NCBI GenBank assembly: GCA_964537875.1
Contig: CAZIDN010000006.1
Location: forward strand, 30,874 to 94,873
Direction of reading: 5' to 3'
From: an uncultured Eubacteriales bacterium
GTDB taxonomy: Bacteria > Acidobacteriota > Aminicenantia > Aminicenantales > UBA4085
DNA length: 64,000 bases
Position numbers and translations under genes: made by a program. Positions 56,751-64,000 of the stretch are shown one piece after another. Under the pieces are notes generated by a model that was not told where the DNA came from, made no database searches, and saw nothing but the letters and a program-made list of their open reading frames with translations. The stretch's first letter is position 1. Each line of letters begins with the position of its first letter.

Positions 56751-59294
56751 ATGGCTGACTTTAACCGTCATTTAAAGAAAAGCAAGATCTTGGTTTTTTT
56801 CACCATTTTCGCATTTCTCTATATGTCGTGTTTCACCTCCTGTTCCAAATCCGGCAAAAAGGAAAAGGAGGAAGTGGCGAGGGGAGCCGATGATGCCGCA
56901 AAAGCCGCAGCGACAGCGGGAGAGGGACAAGCGATTGCAGAGCTGCAATCAGCTGAAGAATCTGGAAAAGAAAGGCCTGTCTCCCAAGAGGATTTAAAAA
57001 GGGCGACTGAAAAACTAGAAGCCTATTTTCAAGCGCTTGAGGAAGCTGCGAAGGCAATGCCCAGAGATACGTTCGATCCCCAAGCTATTTTAGAAAAGAT
57101 TGGCAAAGATTATACAGCTCTTTTTCTATGGGTCCAGAGAAATACATCTTTTATTCCCTATCAAGGAGTGCTTCGGGGTCCAGTGGGAGTCCTGATGGAG
57201 AGGCGAGGGAACAGTCTGGATCGCGCTCTATTGCTGTACGAGATACTGCGACTTGCCGGCTATGAGGTCAAGTTAGCGCGCGGAAAATTATCTGAAGACC
57301 AAGCGAAAAATATCCTTGCCAAACGACGTGAGCTGATTGAGGAAGAAATTCTTCCCCAAACCAAAATGAGCGCGAATGAAATGGGCGAGATAATTCAGCC
57401 CTATGTAGATAAATATCAGCTTGATAAAAATAGGATTCTCCAGGCCGTTAATAAGAACCGGGTTGGCAAGGACGATCTCTTCGAAAAAGTCAGAACTCGC
57501 GTTTCTGACCAAACTCGGCGAATAACTCAATTTCTCGAAGATTCCGACATTAAATCCGGGACGGGCAAGGACCGTGGCCGATATTCCTTAATTCAAGATC
57601 ATTGGTGGGTTCAGATGAAACAGGATGAAGGTTGGCTTGACCTGGACGTCAGCGTCGATCAACCAACTCCAGGGAAAAAGCTGGTCGCCGCTGACGAAAC
57701 GGTCGCTTTCCAGGATCTGCCGGAGGATCTTTATCATCGCATAATAATCCGGCTTATGGTTGAGCAGTCGACGGAGAGCGGACTCCAAGAAAGCGTTGTT
57801 TTAGAAATCCCGCTGAAAGCTGTAGATTTAATCGGCAAACAGATAATCCTTCGACACATTCCGATGAATTGGCCCCAGGAAGGCAGCCTTTTTAATGAAG
57901 ATGACCCGATTGGCAAGATCAAGAATCTTGCTGCCAACGAAAAAGAATGGCTTCCGGTCTTTGTTATTGGTTCTGAAGAGATCGCCCAAAGCAGCTTTCT
58001 GGATACGGGAGAGGTCAATAAAAATCCAGGAAGAAAGAGACGAGCCGCCGGCCCGGGTGGATTGGTCGGCGGCATGTTTAATGCCCTTGCAGGAGGGGAG
58101 GGCGAAAAGAAGCCTGAGAAGTTATCGTGCCTTACGGCAGAATGGATTGAGTACGAGATAGTATCCCCTGACTTTCCGGCCAACAGAATTCGTCGTCAGG
58201 TATTCGATCTTATTGGCCCTAACGCGCGCTTGGGGCATCGAAGGGCTGATCCAGAAGCTATTGAATCAAGGAGGTTAGAGAGAGCCTTGGCTTTGCTCGG
58301 AGAGACCGAAATCGCCGCTATTGTCGGTCGTTTGTCGCCTGATTTTCTTGCTCGGATGTTAGCCGACAAACTCATTGTCAATAAAGAGATACTGATTAGT
58401 TTACTTTGTTCTAAGAATCTCTATTCCCCGTCTCAAATCAACGAAGCGATTGAAAAGATTGTCCCTTTCCCCGGATTAGAGTACAGCCTCGCCATGGTCA
58501 GGGATATGGGGAGTCGTCATCGATCCGCTATTTTCCTCAGCCAGCCAAATATATTGGCGTTTCACAAATATCCACGGCTCGATCCCAACGGCGAAATCAG
58601 TTTTTGTCAGGCGCTTGATATAGTCAACAACGAAATTTCCCTTGTTCCGGAAACAAAGAATCCTCTCTTAGTCGCTCTGGAACAGGGAGTCTTGGATACA
58701 AATTGGGAGGCATTTTTATTGGATCCCTGCGGAAAAGCTGAAAACACGGCGCAGATTTTCGCCGAACTAGATTCCAGGAAGGTTGAATGGCGCCTGCTCA
58801 GAGACATAAATGACCCTGGATTGAAAAACTTGGGATTATCGCCCGACGCGCTTGCGCTAATAGGACAAGAATTGTCTGAAGGCTATATTGTTTTTGTTCC
58901 TAAGATAAGCAGGGCAGCTGGTGGTTATCCTCCGGTCGGCTGGTGGAGAATGAACCCTTTAACGGGCAACATTTTGGGCATAGGAGAGCGCGGGTGGGGC
59001 CAAGGAACCACTGAGTATGTCAAAATTATCAGAGCTGTCCTTAAGTTTATAATGCCCGCGTTAGTGTGCGGGATCATCAAAGGACATCAAGCAGGAAAAC
59101 CAGGAGCCACGACCGGCCAACAGGTAGAGGCCGTTGTCATAATAATATCATGCATCGCAGGAGGCGGCTTGTCTATGGTCGGAATGGTCCTTCCGAATCT
59201 TGCTGTCGGCCAAGTCCTGCAGCTCATCGGAGATATTATCAGCTATTCTTTATCCGGTTATAGCGTCATAAGTTATTTTGTTGGTGAACACTAA
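56751..59294 (+). CDS. Lipoprotein with divergent transglutaminase-like domain (Cys replaced by Ser) and C-terminal hydrophobic anchor
   Basis: AAGGAGGG RBS then the ATG at 56751. Lipobox-like ...FLYMSC/FTSC. TGase-like core GNSLDRALLLYEILRLAGYEVKLARG (canonical G-x-C-x-D-F-A...) and downstream DHWWVQMKQDEGWLDLD (canonical H-x-W-x-E-x-y...GW-x-x-D). C-terminal 70 aa are strongly hydrophobic. Confidence 0.55.
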   Translation: MADFNRHLKKSKILVFFTIFAFLYMSCFTSCSKSGKKEKEEVARGADDAAKAAATAGEGQAIAELQSAEESGKERPVSQEDLKRATEKLEAYFQALEEAAKAMPRDTFDPQAILEKIGKDYTALFLWVQRNTSFIPYQGVLRGPVGVLMERRGNSLDRALLLYEILRLAGYEVKLARGKLSEDQAKNILAKRRELIEEEILPQTKMSANEMGEIIQPYVDKYQLDKNRILQAVNKNRVGKDDLFEKVRTRVSDQTRRITQFLEDSDIKSGTGKDRGRYSLIQDHWWVQMKQDEGWLDLDVSVDQPTPGKKLVAADETVAFQDLPEDLYHRIIIRLMVEQSTESGLQESVVLEIPLKAVDLIGKQIILRHIPMNWPQEGSLFNEDDPIGKIKNLAANEKEWLPVFVIGSEEIAQSSFLDTGEVNKNPGRKRRAAGPGGLVGGMFNALAGGEGEKKPEKLSCLTAEWIEYEIVSPDFPANRIRRQVFDLIGPNARLGHRRADPEAIESRRLERALALLGETEIAAIVGRLSPDFLARMLADKLIVNKEILISLLCSKNLYSPSQINEAIEKIVPFPGLEYSLAMVRDMGSRHRSAIFLSQPNILAFHKYPRLDPNGEISFCQALDIVNNEISLVPETKNPLLVALEQGVLDTNWEAFLLDPCGKAENTAQIFAELDSRKVEWRLLRDINDPGLKNLGLSPDALALIGQELSEGYIVFVPKISRAAGGYPPVGWWRMNPLTGNILGIGERGWGQGTTEYVKIIRAVLKFIMPALVCGIIKGHQAGKPGATTGQQVEAVVIIISCIAGGGLSMVGMVLPNLAVGQVLQLIGDIISYSLSGYSVISYFVGEH

Positions 59295-59452
59295 GATGAA
59301 GAGAAGGCAAGAAAGAACGGCAACGCGGAAGACCACCAACATAAGAGCTGGCTGTAACCTTTGAAAATATCTGTTTTCTTCTTTTTTATTTAATTAAGAG
59401 GGTACCGGGCAAAAAGTTAATATAAACACACGGAAAAGAGAAGGAGGCGGAA

Positions 59453-62400
59453 ATGCAAGAATACCTATCCATCAGACGCTTTATTCCAGGGTTATTGCCG
59501 ATTTTTTTATTCGTGCTTCTATTTATCCCATCCTCCGCCCAGGTCAAATCCGAAACCGAGCCGAATGACGCAATGGAGCAGGCCAATGAATTCCGGGTCG
59601 GCGAGAGCATCGAAGGCTATTTACAAGATCGTGACTATGATTGGTATAAGCTCATTGTGAATAAGCCGGGCAAGAACTATATCAGGATCGATCTCTCAGG
59701 AGTCCCCGGCATAAATGCGGAACTCCGACTTTGCGATGAGAAGGGCAATAGGATATGGGAAGTGAATGACGCCGAAGCCGGCGGTGCCGAACAGATTGTC
59801 CATTTCCCAGTCAATCCAGGAATTTATTACATCCGGATCTATGGGGGCGGCAAAGCCACAAAGGAAAAATATATTTTAAGCTCACGGATCATGGATCCCT
59901 GGCAAGAGGGCGAGGAATCCGAGCCGAACGACCGTCAAGAATCGGCCAATGAGCTGAAGTTGGGACAAGTTGTCGGAGGATTCTTTGCCAAACGATACGA
60001 TGAGGACTGGTTTAAGCTGATCGTTGACAAGCCCGGCAAAAGCCTTGTCCTAATCGATATCACGGCTGTCCCGGGAGTCAATAGTTCGCTCACCTTGCGC
60101 GACGCAAACGGTCGAAGCATTTGGGATGTCAATGAAGCAGAAGCGGGTGGTCCGGAATCCATCTTCAATCTTGCCTTGGCTCAAGGCATGTATTTTATCC
60201 AACTTTATGCTCGGGAATTCAACTATAACAACCATTATGTGCTTCATACGCGCATCCTCGGCCCATGGCAGGAAGGCCTGGAGGCTGAACCGAATAATCG
60301 AATGGAGGATGCCACGGAGCTCAGGCTCGGCCAGAGTGTGGAAGGCTATGTTCAATATAATAGCGATGACGATTATTACAAGCTGATTATCGACAAACCC
60401 GGCAAGAACGATATCCAGGTTGACCTTAGCGCGGTTCCGGGAGTGGATATGAGGTTTGGAATTACTGATAAAGACAGCAAAGAGCTTTGGCGCGCTAACG
60501 ATGGCTCAAAAGGCGAGCCGGAATCCGTCTCGCATTTAACCCTCGGAGAAGGCACCTATTATATCTGGGTGGAAGGCTATCAGAAGAATATCACTGACAA
60601 GTATGTCTTAAGCACGCGCTTACTTGGAGCCTGGCAAGAAGGCACTGAGGCCGAACCCAACGGTGATATTAAGCGGGCTAATGAAATCAAGCTGAACACG
60701 CCGCTGACCGGCCGGATCAATGAAAATAGCGACTATGACTATTATGTTCTGAACGTCCCTGAGCCTGGGATTGAGACGATTGACATGCAGATCTCCGGCG
60801 TTCCTGACGTGAGATGGAATTTTGAGCTGTTCGACCAAAAAGAAAACCGGTTGGATGAATCAAGGTGGCATGAGGCCGGACAGGGCGAAGAGATCGTCAA
60901 GATGAAATTCAAGCCTGGCACCTATTATCTAAGCGTGCGAGTCTATAACGGAAAAAATCCGGGTAGCGTATACACCCTTTATGCCGGGAAACCCCAAAAG
61001 CCGCCAGCGACGCCGGAGGAAGTCCGGCAAGCGCTGGTCAAGGCCCTCGATTATCTAGCTTCAGGACAGCAAAAAGACGGCTCATGGCTTCCAAATTCTT
61101 ATGCGCAAGCATTCACGGGTCTTTCTCTCATGGCTTTTATCGGCGGCAAATGTGCCCAGAAAGATTATTCAGCCAATATCAAGGGAGCGATCAACTACTT
61201 AAAATCACAGTATAAGCCCAGCTCAAAGTATCCCGAAGGCTCTGAAAATGCGGCGTATTATGGAGGAACGCTCGGGACAGAAAATATGTATCAACATGCG
61301 ATCGCCACCCTGGCTGTGATCGAAGCCCTTGCCGATTTAGATGATCCGAGCCTCGAACCCATCGCCCAAGACGCGCTCAGCTTAATCATCCGCGCTCAGA
61401 ATACGGAACACAAGCCCGAGACGCTCGGAGGGCCTATCAAGCCCGACTCCCGCGCCTACGGCGGCTGGCGGTACAATCCGAACAGCACTGGCAGCGACAT
61501 CTCGGTCACGGGCTGGCAGGTTCTCGCCCTTAAGGGCGCCGTCAATGCAGGATTTTCTATTCCCGAATATGTCTTTCCCTCGGCAGCTCGGTTCGTCAGG
61601 TCTCTTCAAGGCAAAGAGGACGGCTCGTTCAGGTACGAATCTCCCGGAGACACAGGCAATTCCTGCGCTCGGGCCGGAATGGGAGCTCTCTCCTTACAAC
61701 TCAGCGGTTTTCCTCAAGATCCTGCGATTCCTCCCGCTTTGCGATTTATGCAGGATTACGCGCCGCGTTGGAATATCGAAACGCGGGGAGACGGCTATCC
61801 ATTCTATTATTGGTACTATGGCACGCGGGCGATGTATCTTGCGGGCGGCGACGACTGGCGCATCTGGAAAGACTGGATATGTCGCTTCCTCGTTGACCAT
61901 CAGAACAAGGACGGAAGCTGGGATGGCGTAAACAACGAAGATAGACTTGACACTTATAGAGTTGCGCTTGGCGCTTTAATGCTCGAATTCTGCTGTGGGC
62001 ATGTGCCGATCTATATGTCGCCGGTGAAGCGGCTGGGGCCGGCGTCTATCAGGGTGAATTTTGAGAAAGGCGCTGAGAAGGAAATCGCTAAGAATGTCGA
62101 GATCATCATGGACGCCTCAAATTCCATGACCGGGCTGATCGGAAAGGAGACAAAGATGACCGTGGCCCGGCGGGTCCTGACCCAGATCATCAACGGATTG
62201 CCGGAGACGATGAATGTAGGCTTCCGGGTCTACGGCCATCGCTATCCGACGGACGCCTACCAGCAGGCCTGTCAAGATACGGAGCTTCTGCTGCCCATCG
62301 GGCCGGTCCAGAAGGCCAAGCTCGTGGAGCTGGTGAACAAGATCCAAACAAAAGGCCGGACGCCGCTTGTCCTCTCTGTGCTTCAAGCGATTAAAGACTT

Positions 62401-62854
62401 TGAAAAGCTGCCGAACGGGAGCGTCGTTTTGGTGACGGACGGGATCGAGAGCTGCAACGGAGACATCAAATCGATCGCTCCGGCGATCAAAAAGTCGGGC
62501 CTTGATCTCAAAGTTCATATTGTGGGATTCGACATCAAGGAGAAGGAATCCCGGGAGCAGCTGGAAGCGATCGCCAAATCCACGGAAGGGATGTATCTGG
62601 ATGCCAAGGATGCCAAAGGGCTGCTATCAGCCCTCGAGCAGGCGTTGAAGATCGAGTATATGGTCCTTGACGAGAAAGGCGAGGTCAAGGCTAAGGGTTT
62701 CGTGGGCGGGGAAGCGGTCAAGATTCCGGAAGGCACCTATACGCTTCGGGTCATGCTGGCGCCGCAGCCTTTAGAGACAAAAGTAAACTTAGCCTCGGGC
62801 GAAAGGCCAATTTTTATCCTGAAAAAAGAGGCCGGGAAGTGGGCCCTGAAATAG
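59453..62854 (+). CDS. Secreted multidomain protein: 4 x PPC (pre-peptidase C-terminal) domains + QW-repeat alpha/alpha toroid (prenyltransferase/squalene-cyclase-like) + vWA + C-terminal beta domain
   Basis: Signal peptide; four ~115-aa repeats each starting E(A/S)EPN(D/N/G)...A(N/T)E and containing D(Y/W)(D/Y)(W/Y)YKL..(N/D)KPGK (nt 59555-60988). QxxDGSW repeats (QQKDGSW, GGWRYNPNSTGSDISVTGWQVLAL, HQNKDGSW; nt 61010-62017). vWA with MIDAS DASNS...T...D (nt 62090-62647). Confidence 0.6.
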   Translation: MQEYLSIRRFIPGLLPIFLFVLLFIPSSAQVKSETEPNDAMEQANEFRVGESIEGYLQDRDYDWYKLIVNKPGKNYIRIDLSGVPGINAELRLCDEKGNRIWEVNDAEAGGAEQIVHFPVNPGIYYIRIYGGGKATKEKYILSSRIMDPWQEGEESEPNDRQESANELKLGQVVGGFFAKRYDEDWFKLIVDKPGKSLVLIDITAVPGVNSSLTLRDANGRSIWDVNEAEAGGPESIFNLALAQGMYFIQLYAREFNYNNHYVLHTRILGPWQEGLEAEPNNRMEDATELRLGQSVEGYVQYNSDDDYYKLIIDKPGKNDIQVDLSAVPGVDMRFGITDKDSKELWRANDGSKGEPESVSHLTLGEGTYYIWVEGYQKNITDKYVLSTRLLGAWQEGTEAEPNGDIKRANEIKLNTPLTGRINENSDYDYYVLNVPEPGIETIDMQISGVPDVRWNFELFDQKENRLDESRWHEAGQGEEIVKMKFKPGTYYLSVRVYNGKNPGSVYTLYAGKPQKPPATPEEVRQALVKALDYLASGQQKDGSWLPNSYAQAFTGLSLMAFIGGKCAQKDYSANIKGAINYLKSQYKPSSKYPEGSENAAYYGGTLGTENMYQHAIATLAVIEALADLDDPSLEPIAQDALSLIIRAQNTEHKPETLGGPIKPDSRAYGGWRYNPNSTGSDISVTGWQVLALKGAVNAGFSIPEYVFPSAARFVRSLQGKEDGSFRYESPGDTGNSCARAGMGALSLQLSGFPQDPAIPPALRFMQDYAPRWNIETRGDGYPFYYWYYGTRAMYLAGGDDWRIWKDWICRFLVDHQNKDGSWDGVNNEDRLDTYRVALGALMLEFCCGHVPIYMSPVKRLGPASIRVNFEKGAEKEIAKNVEIIMDASNSMTGLIGKETKMTVARRVLTQIINGLPETMNVGFRVYGHRYPTDAYQQACQDTELLLPIGPVQKAKLVELVNKIQTKGRTPLVLSVLQAIKDFEKLPNGSVVLVTDGIESCNGDIKSIAPAIKKSGLDLKVHIVGFDIKEKESREQLEAIAKSTEGMYLDAKDAKGLLSALEQALKIEYMVLDEKGEVKAKGFVGGEAVKIPEGTYTLRVMLAPQPLETKVNLASGERPIFILKKEAGKWALK

Positions 62855-62909
62855 AAAACTTAAAACTATTCATCTATTGAATTAAGCTGTTTTTAAAAGC
62901 AAATTGAAT

Positions 62910-63896
62910 TTATTGCGGCTTCACGGCCGAGGCAAGCCAGTGGGGCATCGGCGGCGGAAGGGGACGCCGCTCAAAACTTTGAAATCCGGCTTCGGCCAGC
63001 CAGGCTTCAAGCTCGTCCTCTGAAAATACCCAGCCGTGCGGTGTCGTCAACGCCATGTTCAAGGCGAAGAGCGCCGAGAACTTCGGCTGAGTGTGGGTCG
63101 AATCGGTCATCATGTCAAGAACGTAGAGTGTGCCGCCTGCGACCATGGCCGCATGGGCTCGCCGGAGAAGGTCGCGAATGTCGGCTGGTTCTTCTTGGTG
63201 TAAAACGCCGAAAAAGATGACGACGTCGTTTTCGCCCGGAAACCTTACTTTATGATAATCACCGGCTAGGGTTTGGACGCAACTTTGCATCCCGGATTGT
63301 GCAATCAACTCATCAGCGATCCGAACGATTTCAGGAAGGTCGAGCACAGTGCATTTGACCGTGGGGAAAGCTTTGGCAATTAACATCGAATAAGTCCCGG
63401 GCCCGCCGCCAACGTCGAGAAGCCTGCGCCGGCCATTTAAGTCGAGTTGGGGGATGACTGCCTGACCTATGGCTAAAGCCCGGCCGTGCATGGCCAGGAC
63501 GAACGTGCGCGTGCGTTCCGGATCTTCGCCAAGGTGGAGCTCCGGGCGCTCGACCGGCCGGCCGCTCCTCACCATCTCGGCGAGCTTACCCCAAGCGTTA
63601 TAGACATCGCGATTATATCGGATCGCGCCGCTTAGGTCGGCCGGCGAGCCGGGGACGAGGAAAGCGGCCGCTTCAGGCGTGTTGCGGTAGATGTTCCCGG
63701 CTTTGGACAGAAGCCCTACGGCTACGCATGCGTCAAGAAGAAGGCGCGCGCCCCGGAGGTTGAGGCTGCAGGCGGCGGCGACCGTGGGCGCGTCGGCTTC
63801 ACCAAGCTCTGCCAGCGTTCGAAAAATACCCAGGTCGGAAGAAGTAAAAAGCAGGCATGATTCGTAGAAGGCGCTGGCCATGTCCAGGATACGCAT
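62910..63896 (-). CDS. Class I SAM-dependent O-methyltransferase (Methyltransf_2 with N-terminal dimerisation/winged-helix domain)
   Basis: SAM motif I LLDVGGGPGTY; plant-type OMT / CrtF-like architecture; 328 aa. Confidence 0.75.
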   Translation of the reverse strand: MRILDMASAFYESCLLFTSSDLGIFRTLAELGEADAPTVAAACSLNLRGARLLLDACVAVGLLSKAGNIYRNTPEAAAFLVPGSPADLSGAIRYNRDVYNAWGKLAEMVRSGRPVERPELHLGEDPERTRTFVLAMHGRALAIGQAVIPQLDLNGRRRLLDVGGGPGTYSMLIAKAFPTVKCTVLDLPEIVRIADELIAQSGMQSCVQTLAGDYHKVRFPGENDVVIFFGVLHQEEPADIRDLLRRAHAAMVAGGTLYVLDMMTDSTHTQPKFSALFALNMALTTPHGWVFSEDELEAWLAEAGFQSFERRPLPPPMPHWLASAVKPQ

Positions 63897-64000
63897 CGGC
63901 GTGCTACCTTTCTGGCTTGATACTTACGACAGAGCGAGTCCGCGGTCAGTTATATCACCGGCTCTTGATGGGGGTCAAGGGCACATCTCTTCCCAGCCGA

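Larger units (their letters stand above)
55200..62905. other. Low-GC (about 42-50%) three-gene island flanked by about 62% GC DNA
   Basis: Clear compositional discontinuity on both sides (55.2 kb after the Acs-like gene; 62.9 kb before the O-methyltransferase gene). No integrase or tRNA is visible at its boundaries. Confidence 0.6.

Overview
This is a 64-kb segment of a high-GC (about 60-65%) diderm bacterial chromosome, mostly ordinary, with three things standing out. Recognisable genes: a housekeeping block ribH-nusB-lysS-lolC/E-lolD followed by an outer-membrane biogenesis cluster bamA-skp-fabZ-lpxA-lpxI; two tandem orphan FtsX/MacB-type permeases; a FecCD-type ABC importer; kbl with an ACP-like gene and an Acs-like ligase; rnhB, alaX, rluB/rsuA-type pseudouridine synthase, mscL, an APC permease, an MFS transporter, a Lon-like protease, a sigma-54 activator, and a 1379-aa secreted M14-like metallopeptidase. 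I could not find rRNA, tRNA or CRISPR by reading. First, a family of intergenic, highly self-complementary elements occurs at five loci; the two full-length copies (about 285-295 bp) have different terminal sequences that are each self-complementary (covariation), and there are three shorter derivatives. This is not a classical conserved-TIR MITE or any repeat/RNA I can name. Second, a 7.7-kb markedly lower-GC island (55.2-62.9 kb) carries three large secreted or membrane-anchored proteins of unusual architecture: a protein with two DUF4352-like repeats; a lipoprotein with a transglutaminase-like domain in which the nucleophile Cys is replaced by Ser; and a protein of 4 PPC domains + QW-repeat alpha/alpha toroid + vWA. 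This island is the best candidate for an undescribed horizontally acquired surface module. Third, a small AT-rich islet (3.1-4.2 kb) holds two overlapping small genes, one with an XRE-type HTH. Many long antisense 'ORFs' in the six-frame track are GC-composition artefacts and were rejected.
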